Numbered from the stretch's first letter, positions 11,112 to 21,050 are shown. The stretch: DNA of 64,000 nucleotides from Pseudomonas sp. (GCA_034519305.1 JAXHOM010000020.1:9163-73162); one strand, 5' to 3'. Notes: generated by a model not told the origin, from the letters alone. Program-made: numbers and translations.

Positions 11112-11996
11112 ATGAACAGCCGTACGCTGTTGCAAGGCGCCGGTGTGGCGTTTCAGGCGGAACATTTCGCCGCCATTATGGCGGACCCGCAACGCCTGGA
11201 TTTTTTCGAAATCCAGGCCGAACAGTATTATTCGACCGATGCTGTCGCGCACATGCAGGTCTTCGCCTTGCGCCAGTTGTTGCCACTTTCGGTGCATGGC
11301 ATCGGCTTGTCTCTGGGTGGCGAAGCGGCTCTAAGCAGCGAGCATTTGCATGGGTTGCAGCAACTCTGCCGGCGTTACCAGCCAGCGCTGGTTTCTGCCC
11401 ATCTGGGCTGTGCGCCGCAAGCGGCCAGCCTGCTCGGCGACAATCTGCCTCTGGCGTATAACGCCAGCACCCTGCAACGTTTGGCCGAGCATGTCGATCA
11501 GGTGCAAGCGCTCCTGGGCCGTCAGTTGTTGATTGAGAACCCGCCGGCCTATGTACGTCTGATGGAAAGTGACATGGATGAAGCGGATTTTCTCCATGAG
11601 CTGTGCCAACGCACTGCATGCGGTTTGTTGCTGGATATCGGCAATCTGTTGATCAGCTGTCATAACTGTGGCGGCAATGCCGAGGACTATCTGCGCCGCC
11701 TGCCTGCGCAACAGATCGGCGAAATTCATCTCGGCGGTTATAGCCAACTGCGCCTGGCCAGCGGCGCTTATCTGCTGGTAGATGAGCACGCCAGCGTGGT
11801 GGCCGATGCCAGTTGGGATCTGTATACCGATCTGCTGCGGCGTATCGGCAAGCGGCCGGTCGTAGTGGAATGGGAGCGCCAGTTGCCATCCTGGCTGGTG
11901 CTGGCCGCCGAAGTCGATTGCGCGCGAGCCCTGCAGCATTTTCCGTTTATGCCAGCGTGTTGCCGCGAGGATGTGATCCGTTTCGATCAAACGTGA
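11112..11996 (+). CDS. DUF692 multinuclear non-heme iron-dependent oxidase (MNIO), divergent
   Basis: LSVHGIGLSLG, LIENP, GLLLD..N, EIHL.G, DEH motifs; directly follows DUF2282. Confidence 0.85.
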   Translation: MNSRTLLQGAGVAFQAEHFAAIMADPQRLDFFEIQAEQYYSTDAVAHMQVFALRQLLPLSVHGIGLSLGGEAALSSEHLHGLQQLCRRYQPALVSAHLGCAPQAASLLGDNLPLAYNASTLQRLAEHVDQVQALLGRQLLIENPPAYVRLMESDMDEADFLHELCQRTACGLLLDIGNLLISCHNCGGNAEDYLRRLPAQQIGEIHLGGYSQLRLASGAYLLVDEHASVVADASWDLYTDLLRRIGKRPVVVEWERQLPSWLVLAAEVDCARALQHFPFMPACCREDVIRFDQT

Positions 11997-12019
11997 TGAT
12001 CCGGGCATTGCAGTTGAAT

Positions 12020-12065
12020 AATGAAAACACCGTTACCGACGAGACGCGGTAACGGTGTTTTCATT
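12020..12065. terminator. Bidirectional intrinsic terminator hairpin
   Basis: 19-bp perfect stem AATGAAAACACCGTTACCG / CGGTAACGGTGTTTTCATT between convergent genes. Confidence 0.8.
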
Positions 12066-12092
12066 GGCTAGCTGTAGATGTCAGGCTGGGTA

Positions 12093-12446
12093 TCAGGCAC
12101 GACGGTTGTGTTGCAGGGTACGCTCGCTGCCATTTTCCGCCAGTTCTACACGCTGCTCTTGACGCAGTTTTCGGCTGTTTTTCAGAGTACGTTCGCTACC
12201 ATTCTCGGTCAGTTCTACGCGCCGCTCCTGACGCTGCTTTCGGCTGTTTATCAGCGTGCGTTCGCTGCCGTTCTCTGCCAGTTTTACGTGCTGCTCCTGA
12301 CGTAATTTTCGGCTGTTTTCCAGAGTGCGCTCGCTGCCGTTTTCGACAATTAGCAGGGTTTCATTCGCCTGCAGTTGGCTAGCGCTGATTACGGCCAGTA
12401 GTGCCAGGGTATGCGTCAAACGGCGAGTTATGTTGAGGTGGTTCAT
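12093..12446 (-). CDS. Secreted protein built of 23-aa tandem repeats (ENGSERTL core)
   Basis: Signal peptide; four ENGSERTL cores at a 69-bp period. Confidence 0.8.
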   Translation of the reverse strand: MNHLNITRRLTHTLALLAVISASQLQANETLLIVENGSERTLENSRKLRQEQHVKLAENGSERTLINSRKQRQERRVELTENGSERTLKNSRKLRQEQRVELAENGSERTLQHNRRA

Positions 12447-12804
12447 GTTGGCTTTCCTTCAAGTCAGTTACCGTCTCCGGCGTTGAAGTAAGCTTCTCAA
12501 TTATCAGATTATTGAGGAATAGATGTTTTAGTAAGTGCTTAATTTCACTTTTTGAAATTATAGGTGTGGGGCATGAGAGCGTTTGCGCTGTGAGGCGTTG
12601 CAAACCGTGTGCCTGGCTGGCGCAGTGTATGCACTGCGACTCATCCGCCGGCATGCTCTCCTGGCGGCCAAGCGCACAAACGGCTGGCCGTCAGGTTTGC
12701 CTGGGCCTTGTCGACAAGCAGATTGATCACCCGTTTGCCGCTCGGGTCGCGACGTTACAGCTAGACGTCACTCGCGCTCTGTTCGCGCAACAACTCTTCG
12801 TCGA

Positions 12805-14247
12805 TCAGGAATTGAATTTACGATCTGGTGCTTTAGGCATGCCTTGCAGCGTACTTGTAAGGGCCGCGAGTAAGTTCAATGAGGCTCCCACGCAAAGGGC
12901 AAACTGGGGCGCAGAATCGGCGGGGAGCAGGTTAAAAAGCAGTGTCATGACGACTGCGCCAGCCGTTTGCCCGAGCAGGCGAGCGGTCCCTTGCATGCCA
13001 CCAGCCGCACCGCTCCGACTCAGCGGCGCCGCGAGGAACATGTTGCGGTTATTGGCCACGTTGAAGAGACCGAAGCCGAGGCCGCACAGCATGGTCAGTG
13101 GCACCAGCGTCATGAGATTTTCCCGCAGAGGCCAAAGCGCAGCCCCTGCTAATCCTGTCGCAAGACAAATGCCACCTACCGAGCAAAGCCAGGCAGCCGA
13201 CCATCGGTTTGACAGGCTGCCAGCCAGCGGAGCGATCAGCGCGACTGTTAAAGGCCAGGGAATCATGTAGAGGCCCGTCATCAGCACCTCTTGCCCAAGG
13301 TTGTGCTGAAGGTAGAAGGGCAGCGCCACCAAGCCTGCAGTTTGCCCAGCAAAGCAGAGCACCGAGGCAATAACTGATATACGGAATGAAGTGACTCTAA
13401 GCAGATCCAGCGGAATCAGTGGCGCGTCCTTCTGCCTTTCCCGCTTCACCAATAGCGCCAGTTGGATGGCAGAGATGGACAGTAACGCTGCCGTCAGCAC
13501 GAGGTGCTCGGTGATGACGCCAACGGCGATGACCAGTGATGCAAAGGTCCCGGCATTCAATGCCATGCTCAATAGATCGACTTTGCGCGCGGTACCGTCC
13601 AGTGCTGGTAGCGCGCTGGTCGCTAGCAGCACCCATAATCCGAAGGGGAGCAGCACAGCAAACAACCATGGCCAGTCTGCCACGCTGAGCATTGCTGCCC
13701 CCAATGCAGGGCCTGCTGCTGATGACAGGGCAACCGCGAGCGCATTCCAGCCGATAGCGGCGCCCAGTTTCTGGCTCGGCACCACTTGGCGCAGTAGTGC
13801 AATGGCGAGCGCCATCACTGCCGCACCTCCCAGTCCCTGCAGCAACCGCGCAGCAATCAGCCAAGACAGCGTCGGGGCCAGTGCGCACATCAGCGTGGCG
13901 GCCAGAAAGAGCGCCACGCCCCAGCGGAACACCCGGCGGTAGCCAAGGCTTTCACCCAGCGCTGCGCAGGGGAGCAACGCCATCAGGAGCGCCGCTTGGT
14001 TGGCCGTGATGATCCAGATGGACAGCGCAGGAGGCACTTGCAACGATTGGGCAATCGTTGGCAGGGCCATGTTGGCTATCGCCGTGTTGAGCACCACCAG
14101 CACCATGGCAGCCAGCACTGAGCTGACGGCAGCCAGGCGCCTCGGTTGTGCGCGCACTGAGAGCTCGTCCACAGCATGCTCCGAGATGGCTGCCGGTGCA
14201 GGTTGTGTGCTGAGGCGGTCGGTTTCGGGAGCAGGGCCATGGGTCAT
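12805..14247 (-). CDS. MFS efflux transporter (DHA2-like)
   Basis: About 14 hydrophobic segments, IANMALPTIA, ARLLQGLGGA; start overlaps the upstream stop. Confidence 0.9.
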   Translation of the reverse strand: MTHGPAPETDRLSTQPAPAAISEHAVDELSVRAQPRRLAAVSSVLAAMVLVVLNTAIANMALPTIAQSLQVPPALSIWIITANQAALLMALLPCAALGESLGYRRVFRWGVALFLAATLMCALAPTLSWLIAARLLQGLGGAAVMALAIALLRQVVPSQKLGAAIGWNALAVALSSAAGPALGAAMLSVADWPWLFAVLLPFGLWVLLATSALPALDGTARKVDLLSMALNAGTFASLVIAVGVITEHLVLTAALLSISAIQLALLVKRERQKDAPLIPLDLLRVTSFRISVIASVLCFAGQTAGLVALPFYLQHNLGQEVLMTGLYMIPWPLTVALIAPLAGSLSNRWSAAWLCSVGGICLATGLAGAALWPLRENLMTLVPLTMLCGLGFGLFNVANNRNMFLAAPLSRSGAAGGMQGTARLLGQTAGAVVMTLLFNLLPADSAPQFALCVGASLNLLAALTSTLQGMPKAPDRKFNS

Positions 14248-14807
14248 GATTTCAACCACTCGGGCGCGCACTGGCTCGCCGGAACCCACTCACCCTCCTG
14301 CTCGACATACCGTGTCAGCGTGCGGGCTTCTTGGTCTTCCTTCTTTAAGTCCCGCTCGGTGAAGCGAAAGAGCAGCGCTGGCCCGCTAATGCACTGCGTA
14401 TCGTGAATATCACCCGGCAGGTAGACCTGCGTTTGACCGGCGCTCACCCTTGTGGACCCGCGCTTTACCAGTTTCACCTGGCCATCCGAGCCCTGCACTT
14501 TGGCGTAGGTGCCCATTTCTATTTCACCGTGCTGCACCGCGTAAATGACCCAGCTCCGACCATGATCATGAGGTGGCCGGTAGAGCCCTTCAGGCTCGGT
14601 GTGTGCCAGCAGTACAAATCCGTTCTCCGGGTCTCGGTGCATCTCTTGCTGGGCCAGTGCTTGCTGGTGCAGGTCAGCCAGCCAGGGTTCGGTGACAGGT
14701 GTCTTCAGGAGATCATCCAGCTGTTGCTGGCAGCCTGCGACCACTGCAGAACTGAGCGGTCCCCAGATTGCTTGGATACGCGCAACACATCTGTTCAACG
14801 AGCTCAT
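14244..14807 (-). CDS. Cupin / cysteine-dioxygenase-like protein
   Basis: PPHDHG..WVIY and PGDIHDT motifs. Confidence 0.7.
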   Translation of the reverse strand: MSSLNRCVARIQAIWGPLSSAVVAGCQQQLDDLLKTPVTEPWLADLHQQALAQQEMHRDPENGFVLLAHTEPEGLYRPPHDHGRSWVIYAVQHGEIEMGTYAKVQGSDGQVKLVKRGSTRVSAGQTQVYLPGDIHDTQCISGPALLFRFTERDLKKEDQEARTLTRYVEQEGEWVPASQCAPEWLKS

Positions 14808-14951
14808 ACAGTCTCTCCTCATTCACTTCGGTACGAATGTGCCGATGGAGGGAACTGTATGCAGCACGCAGATGTGGCGGAAGACGCAGCGTTTGCACGT
14901 TATTGTTGCGTATGACGCTATGTGAGGGACAAGTTGGGCTACCATCAGGCC

Positions 14952-15848
14952 ATGTCGAATCCGGACCTTAATCTGCTCATTACCCTCGACGCCGTGCTGG
15001 CTGAGGGCAGTGTTGCGCGTGCAGCCAAACGCCTGCGGCTCAGCCCTTCGGCCATGAGCCGGGCACTTGCGCGGCTGAGAGAAACCACGGGAGATCCGCT
15101 TTTAGTCAGGGCGGGACGGGGGCTCGTTCCTACTCCCAGGGCAATCGAACTTCGTGATCGCGTCAGTCAGCTTGTGCGGGATGCACAGGAGGTTTTGCGG
15201 CCAGCCGAACTTCTTGATCTAGAAAAACTCGACCGTACGTTCGCGATCAGGAGCAGTGAAGGTTTTGCTGAAAGCTTTGGCCCGGCTCTGATCGCACGAA
15301 TTGCGGGGCAGGCCCCTGGAGTACGGCTGTTCTTTATGCAGAAGCCGGACAAAGACAGCAAGCCATTACGCGATGGAATCGTGGATCTGGAAACCGGTGT
15401 GATCGATCTGGCCTCTGCCCCCGAGCTGAGAGGCCAGGCGCTGTTCAGGGATCATTACATTGGCGTGGTACGAGCCAGGCATCCACTGAGCCGCGGCACA
15501 ATCACCCCGGAAAAGTATGCGGCGGGCATGCATATTTCCGTGTCACGGGAAGGATTAGAAAAAGGTCCCTTAGATGACGCGCTGCTGCAACTTGGATTGC
15601 AGCGAAAGATAGCCACCATCGTCGGTGGTTTTTCGACGGCGCTGGGACTGGCTAGGGGCTCGGACCTCATCGCCAGCGTTCCCGAGCGTCATACCGCGAG
15701 TTTGCGCGAAGGCATGTATAGCTTTGCGCTTCCTTTGCGTACGACGGCGTTCACTGTCTCCTTGCTGTGGCATCCACGATTCAGCGCAGATCCTGCTCAT
15801 CGATGGCTTCGAGATTTGATCCTGCAAGTTTGCAGGAAGGATGAATAA
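14952..15848 (+). CDS. LysR-family regulator (NodD/LeuO-like)
   Basis: DLNLLITLDA...SVARAA.RL.LSPSAMSRAL.RLR; DPAHRWLR. Confidence 0.92.
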   Translation: MSNPDLNLLITLDAVLAEGSVARAAKRLRLSPSAMSRALARLRETTGDPLLVRAGRGLVPTPRAIELRDRVSQLVRDAQEVLRPAELLDLEKLDRTFAIRSSEGFAESFGPALIARIAGQAPGVRLFFMQKPDKDSKPLRDGIVDLETGVIDLASAPELRGQALFRDHYIGVVRARHPLSRGTITPEKYAAGMHISVSREGLEKGPLDDALLQLGLQRKIATIVGGFSTALGLARGSDLIASVPERHTASLREGMYSFALPLRTTAFTVSLLWHPRFSADPAHRWLRDLILQVCRKDE

Positions 15849-15892
15849 GCGCCCTTTTCTCTGAGCCTTCGTCGTCAATAAAAACTAGAGTG

Positions 15893-15957
15893 CTGTGGCT
15901 CAATGATTCTGGACACCCCGATAGGGCGTTAAGCTTCGCCCAGCCATGAGGTGTTTA
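15893..15957 (+). mobile_element. Probable IS3-family left-end remnant
   Basis: TGTGGCTCAATGATTCTGGACACCCC...GAGGTGTT resembles IS3 IRL plus RBS (recognition from memory); no transposase follows. Confidence 0.4.
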
Positions 15958-15978
15958 ATCTCTAGTGATAAAGAAATC

Positions 15979-16109
15979 GTACGCAAAACGGTACGCCAAT
16001 TTTTTATCGGGCTTATAAACGAAAAAAGGCCAGCACGATGGCTGACCTAAGTCGTTGTTTCATATGGTGGGCCTGCACGGACTTGAACCGTGGACCAAAG
16101 GATTATGAG
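15979..16109. repeat. Distal att site: displaced 3' half of tRNA-Ile(CAT) (16065-16109) plus ~86 bp flank, direct repeat of 52572-52702
   Basis: Near-identical alignment of the two segments, ending in the anticodon loop (GGATTATGAG). Confidence 0.95.
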
Positions 16110-16236
16110 ACAGTAAAAAGCACGTTTCTGGTCGTTTCCCAGCGTCTCCCGAAAAAAGCCGATTTAGCGCGTTATCCTAAATTCAAGGGGTTAGGTGTTT
16201 CCCCTTGGTTCTGGGTATGGCCGGTCATGCCCTAAG

Positions 16237-16260
16237 AAACGGTACGCAAAACGGTACGCA
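16237..16260 (+). promoter_or_regulatory. Putative integrase arm-type sites (tandem AAACGGTACGCA x2)
   Basis: Same tandem 12-mer at 52567-52590 and, slightly degenerate, at ~15975-15996. Confidence 0.65.
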
Positions 16261-16263
16261 GAA

Positions 16264-17730
16264 ATGGCAGAGGCATCGGGCAAGGCGAGTAGTAGGAAAT
16301 TTCTGACAGATGTGGAGCTGAAGGCGCTCAAGCCTGGTCAGACTGCCACCGATTCACTGCCAGGCCGAGGTAGTGGATCAATCTTGTTCGATTGCCGTGC
16401 CTCAGGGGCTGTCGAGGCCTACTACCGTCGCCGTGATGAAGGAGGCCAGCAGAAGATTAAGCTGGGTGTCTTCAAGAAAACACCGAAGAGCCCTGGCCTC
16501 TCACTTACTGAGCTTCGCGAGCAAGCGGTACGTTACGCAAAGATCGCGGCAGAGCATGGTGACATTAAGGCGTACCTAGCCAGATGTGCTGCCGAAGAAG
16601 AGGTCGAGCAAGCAGAACGCCAGCGCCAGATGCATGAGCAGCAGCGACTTGCTGCAATAGAGGCTTCTAAAGGCACTTTGTCCGAATTGTTCCGGGATTA
16701 CATCGAAGACCGTCGCCGTGAAGGTGTTTCAGCGGCGCAGATCAAGGAGTTCGAGCGTGTGCTGTCTAAGGACCTGGAAGGCGAGAAAGTTGTAGCCGTG
16801 AGCAAGGAAGGCCAAGAGGAACGGCTCGACATCATGAATATGAAGGCCAAGGATGTCAGGCCGGAGCATGTGAATCTTCTGCTGAAACCAATCTGGGACA
16901 GGGGAGCTAGGCGTCAGGCGGGCAAGGTTCGTTCGTTTCTCGTGGCTGCTTTCAATTTCGGTCTGAAAGCGGAGCATCATATCGACCGAAGCAGTGCTAA
17001 AAGCTACGGACTTCAGATGAATCCTGCGGATCCAGTGACTGTCCCGAACACGTCAAAACCTGGCGAGCGCGCCCTCACTGATAAGGAGCTTAAGCAATTT
17101 TGGTACACCATCACCAAGGTCGATTCGGTTGGTGCGATTATGGCGCGTGTCTTTCACTTTGCTTTTGCTACTGCAGGGCAGCGTCCCCTCCAGTTTATCC
17201 GTGAGCCCTGGACCAGCTACAACCTTCAAAAGAAGTACTTGAAGATCATAGATAGCAAAGGGCGTGGCAGTAAAAAGCGTGCTCACTTCGTTCCCTTAAG
17301 CAACAGGGCCGTGCAGGTACTTGAACAGGTTCGTGCCTTGCAGCCCCCAGGGGCCGTATATCCCTGGAGTGTTGGTGGGCAAAAGCCGATTCACGCGTCC
17401 AGTTTGTCTCATGCGGTGAGCGAGTGGCTCGCTACTGACCACGCCAAAATGAACAGCCAGCCCATCCCAAAATTCAGCCCACGTGATATTCGTCGCACAT
17501 GCACACAGTTTATGCAGCGTAACGGCATCAAGGATTTCGATAGTGACGCGCTGCAGTCACACGGGCAAACAGGTGTTGTCGTTACGCACTATCGCAATAA
17601 CCCTGAAGCGAAACTGCCTCAGATGCGCCCGACCATGGAGGCTTTCGATGCGGCGCTGAGTCGTCTGCTCGACGGTTCTGATGAGGATGAGCATCAGGCT
17701 GAGCAGCTGGATTTGTTCGAAGCTGGATAA
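16264..17730 (+). CDS. int: Tyrosine integrase (P4-like, with N-terminal arm-binding domain)
   Basis: LTDVELKALKP N-terminus; TAGQRP, PRDIRRT, QSH...THY catalytic motifs; adjacent to att. Confidence 0.9.
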   Translation: MAEASGKASSRKFLTDVELKALKPGQTATDSLPGRGSGSILFDCRASGAVEAYYRRRDEGGQQKIKLGVFKKTPKSPGLSLTELREQAVRYAKIAAEHGDIKAYLARCAAEEEVEQAERQRQMHEQQRLAAIEASKGTLSELFRDYIEDRRREGVSAAQIKEFERVLSKDLEGEKVVAVSKEGQEERLDIMNMKAKDVRPEHVNLLLKPIWDRGARRQAGKVRSFLVAAFNFGLKAEHHIDRSSAKSYGLQMNPADPVTVPNTSKPGERALTDKELKQFWYTITKVDSVGAIMARVFHFAFATAGQRPLQFIREPWTSYNLQKKYLKIIDSKGRGSKKRAHFVPLSNRAVQVLEQVRALQPPGAVYPWSVGGQKPIHASSLSHAVSEWLATDHAKMNSQPIPKFSPRDIRRTCTQFMQRNGIKDFDSDALQSHGQTGVVVTHYRNNPEAKLPQMRPTMEAFDAALSRLLDGSDEDEHQAEQLDLFEAG

Positions 17731-17973
17731 GTTTCTGTAAAGTCAAGTATTTTGTTGATCAATCCATGGTGCTGTGAAAATATACAGGTACTGGGGTTGT
17801 GCGGAGCCCCATGGTTTGCCGCTGTGTCGTTGTCTACTTGATGCGCTGCGGAAATGGAAAAGTAGAACTAATGCCTCGAAGGCACGATCCGTCTGAGTAG
17901 TTCACCATGAGGAAAACATCACCACAGCTTCACCTACATCTCCCTGCTGGTACCTCGATTTTGGAGGTGGCCT

Positions 17974-18156
17974 ATGTCTGAGATGGTTCTCCTAGATTTC
18001 AATGCCGTCAGTCGCAAGGTTGGCCTGAGCCGCAAGACCATCTACTGCCGTATCCGAGAGGGTGCCTTCCCGAGACAGGTGAAGATAGGTCGAGCAAGTC
18101 GCTGGCTTCAGCATGAGGTCGACGACTGGATAACCAGTGCAGCTGCAGCGAGATAG
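17974..18156 (+). CDS. alpA: AlpA-family regulator / recombination directionality factor
   Basis: V..KVGLSRKTIY..I..G.FP.QVKIGRASRW...EV..WI; GGAGG RBS. Confidence 0.9.
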   Translation: MSEMVLLDFNAVSRKVGLSRKTIYCRIREGAFPRQVKIGRASRWLQHEVDDWITSAAAAR

Positions 18157-18579
18157 CAAAGAGGCCGGTCAAATGACCGGCATTTCTTTTGCCTGAAAGG
18201 ACCATAGGACTTTTGATCCTATGATCGCTTATACAATGTTGGTCGGAGGAATGCCCTGAAGTATGAGTTGCCTCACCTACCAGGACATCTCTCTAACTGT
18301 GGGGTTAAGCCACAACCGGGATCAGCGGGTCGGCTGCGGCAAGAGCAGCAGTGCGATCAGCAGCAGGCGGATAAATCCACACGCTGTTGATCTGCTGCTT
18401 TAGAGTTTTCGCTTCGTCGCGAACCAGTTGCACTTGCCGATCCCAGCCCTCGGTGAACACAGCGCCCCAAGCTCCGAGATCAAGGCAGGTCACATACTTC
18501 ACCTAGCGATACCTGCGTGAACGGCAAATTCAGAAATCCATGGCAGCAGATTCTGCGCGTCGGGTTGACAGCAAAACGT

Positions 18580-19018
18580 TGCCCAGCCCTGTGCAGTATG
18601 TTTTCCTGGGCGGTGGCCTGCTAAGCCGCAGACGCAGCCTTCGCTCAATCGCGCGATGCGCCGTTTCTACGATGACTACGTTAAGGATTCGGAGCGCGTC
18701 GAAGAGGAGAACCTACTGCGTGTTGCCGATGGTTATCCGCGCCCAACCGTGAATGACTTGCGTCGCACGGCGACCACGCACATGTCCAAACATGGCTTGG
18801 GCAAGGAAGTGCGTAGTCGCATCCTCAACCATAAGGACTTGTCGGTGGATGCGATCTATGACCGTTACGCCTACTTTGAAAATAAGGCAGAGGCTCTCCA
18901 GGGGTGGCACGCCTATCTGAAGCGGTTGCTGCAGAAGGAATTTGGCGACGTGGATTGGGTCGAGTTTTACGGGCGGCGGATGGAGGCGGTGGCGCCAGGT
19001 GATGAAAATGAGGAATAA
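18580..19018 (+). pseudogene. C-terminal remnant of a second tyrosine integrase
   Basis: TVNDLRRTATT...RILNH....DAIYDRYAY; upstream YVFPG motif broken by a 1-nt shift; no N-terminus. Confidence 0.75.
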
Positions 19019-19333
19019 GTCCGAGCACTGAGTCCTAGATCGCTGGTGCCTGCGGGTCAATGTACCGTCGGTATTGGCCCTGGCAGTCCTATGACCCCGT
19101 GGTGTACCTGCGGGTAAGTTTGGTGGGGGGAGGTAGTGCCGGCGTGTTTGGTCTCATCTGTGCCTAGAAATTACAGTCTTATGTTTGTTGGAGCTTCACT
19201 AGGTCTGGATATGACTCTGGCTCGCTAAGCTGAACCAGAGCCCATAACCAAAGGCTGCTTCCCAAAGCGAATGTTTTGTACCTGTCTGACAACACAGTTG
19301 TACAGTTGCCGCCAGTGCCAGGCGACGGTGTCG

Positions 19334-19687
19334 CTATCGATACGAGCGGAAAAGTGCCCACGCCGTGAAGGCGCCTAGCAATGGGTAAATCCGCAGAATA
19401 TCGACTCGTATGTTTGCCTCAGGCGATTGGGCGAGGATGAGCGCCTCCCAAACGACGTAAGCAGCCCGGGCTCCAGCGGTCACGAGGGTCCAGAAGGAAT
19501 GACGACGGCCAGCAGCGGCTTCGAACCGCGGCGCCAAATACAGCGCCGCGAAGACGGCTGCCATCAACGCGCTATTGAACGGTTTGCCAACAAGATAGAG
19601 AAGCGAGGAGTTCCATGGCGTATCTCCGGTAACTTGGACGTCAGTCACCCACGACGACCACACTGAAAGTTTCGTGGCGCTCTTCAC
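19334..19687 (-). CDS. Hypothetical membrane protein (possibly truncated)
   Basis: Three hydrophobic segments, ANIRVD motif. Confidence 0.5.
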   Translation of the reverse strand: MKSATKLSVWSSWVTDVQVTGDTPWNSSLLYLVGKPFNSALMAAVFAALYLAPRFEAAAGRRHSFWTLVTAGARAAYVVWEALILAQSPEANIRVDILRIYPLLGAFTAWALFRSYR

Positions 19688-19763
19688 CTATGTGGATTAT
19701 TTTGAGACTTTCTTGTTGTTCGGCCCATTTGCCACGCAAAGCTAGGGTGACCTGCCCGTCAGC

Positions 19764-21050
19764 ATGAATGGAAACCAATATCCAATGCACCTGCCCTGGA
19801 AACTGATCGCACTGCCAATCCCCCTTTTCCTGCTGGCCTGCAGTGCGCCAAACCCGTTAATGCTGATGTCTACCCCGGTGATCTACGAGCAGGCGGCCAT
19901 AGATCCCTTTGCCCATCTACAGGAGGAGGAGCGAGACCCTAACATTGAACTGTTTTACGCCACCAATCGCAGCCCGGAAGCAGGTGGCTATGGCAATCAG
20001 TACAGTGACACCCTGCATCTAGGGCGCACCGATGTTCGCCTCGGAAGTGCGCAGGATCAGTGGCCCGAATTACATGCCGCCTCACTCAGCGCAACTCGGA
20101 CACACGAGTTGCCGCTAAGTCTGAACAGCGTGAGGGAGGATGCCATCCTGCCTGTGCAACAGACCATCGAGGTGCCCCTGAGTCAGGAATTGCAGAAATA
20201 TGTGGATGCAATCAATCTCGATTTGGCCAAAGCCCGGGATAAAGAAATTCTCATCTATGTTCACGGCGCCAAGGTGGATTTTGCCAACGCCAATCAGTTG
20301 ACGGGCGAACTGGTGCATTTTGCGGGCCGCGATTTCGTCGGTATGGCGTTCGCCTGGCCCTCTCACCAGAACATTCTGAGTTACCTGGTCGGCATCGACG
20401 TGGCACGCGCGCGCCAATCCAGTCAGGCCTTGAGCCAGTTGATCGAGCTTCTGGCGAGGCATACCGCAGCCGAGCGTATCAACCTAGTGGCATACAGCGC
20501 GGGAGGGCGTGTAGCTTCGCTAGCCCTGCAGGGCCTCGCGTCTCGCCATCCAGCCCTCGACACGCAACAGTTGCAGGCACGCTACAGAGTTGGCGCAGTG
20601 ATTTTTGCTGCCGCCGACGTGCCAGAAGAACTGTTTGAAGAGCGTTTGCCCGGCATTAGCAGGGTCGCCGAGCAGGTCATGATCACCGTCTCCGACAAGG
20701 ATGATGCCCTGATGCTGGCCCACCAGCTCATGCCGGGAGGCCCCCGGATCGGTACTGTTCAGGCCGAGGCGTCTCTGCAGGGCTTCGCCAGCCGGAACCA
20801 TCTGAATAACGTCACCCTGCTGGACGTTTCCAGCCAGCATAAGGCGGCGGGAGGTGTTATTGCGGGGCATCACTACTGGTACCGCCACCCGTGGGTCAGC
20901 AGCGATGTGATCCTGCTGATGCGCACCAACCTGCAGCCGGCCCAGCGCGCCCTTACCGTCAGTGAACACCCGGCAGTGTGGTACATGCGACCCGACTATC
21001 CCACGGCGGTGCGCAATGCCGCCCGCCAGATTCTGCGCGGACAGTGGTAA
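19764..21050 (+). CDS. Alpha/beta hydrolase lipoprotein (DUF900-like)
   Basis: Lipobox LLAC, FYATNR, IYVHG, FAWPS, nucleophile elbow AYSAG. Confidence 0.85.
   Translation: MNGNQYPMHLPWKLIALPIPLFLLACSAPNPLMLMSTPVIYEQAAIDPFAHLQEEERDPNIELFYATNRSPEAGGYGNQYSDTLHLGRTDVRLGSAQDQWPELHAASLSATRTHELPLSLNSVREDAILPVQQTIEVPLSQELQKYVDAINLDLAKARDKEILIYVHGAKVDFANANQLTGELVHFAGRDFVGMAFAWPSHQNILSYLVGIDVARARQSSQALSQLIELLARHTAAERINLVAYSAGGRVASLALQGLASRHPALDTQQLQARYRVGAVIFAAADVPEELFEERLPGISRVAEQVMITVSDKDDALMLAHQLMPGGPRIGTVQAEASLQGFASRNHLNNVTLLDVSSQHKAAGGVIAGHHYWYRHPWVSSDVILLMRTNLQPAQRALTVSEHPAVWYMRPDYPTAVRNAARQILRGQW

Noticed and set aside
12100-12350. 69-bp tandem repeat as a possible CRISPR or ncRNA array
   Set aside because: The period is a multiple of 3, there are no unique spacers, and it lies within a signal-peptide ORF, so it is a coding repeat.
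12512-12800. Possible gene remnant between the repeat protein and the MFS gene
   Set aside because: The minus-strand frame has stop codons and no assignable motif, so it is too weak to call.
16065-16109. Second tRNA gene
   Set aside because: Only the 3' 45 nt are present, with no D-arm or 5' acceptor strand; it is the att duplication.
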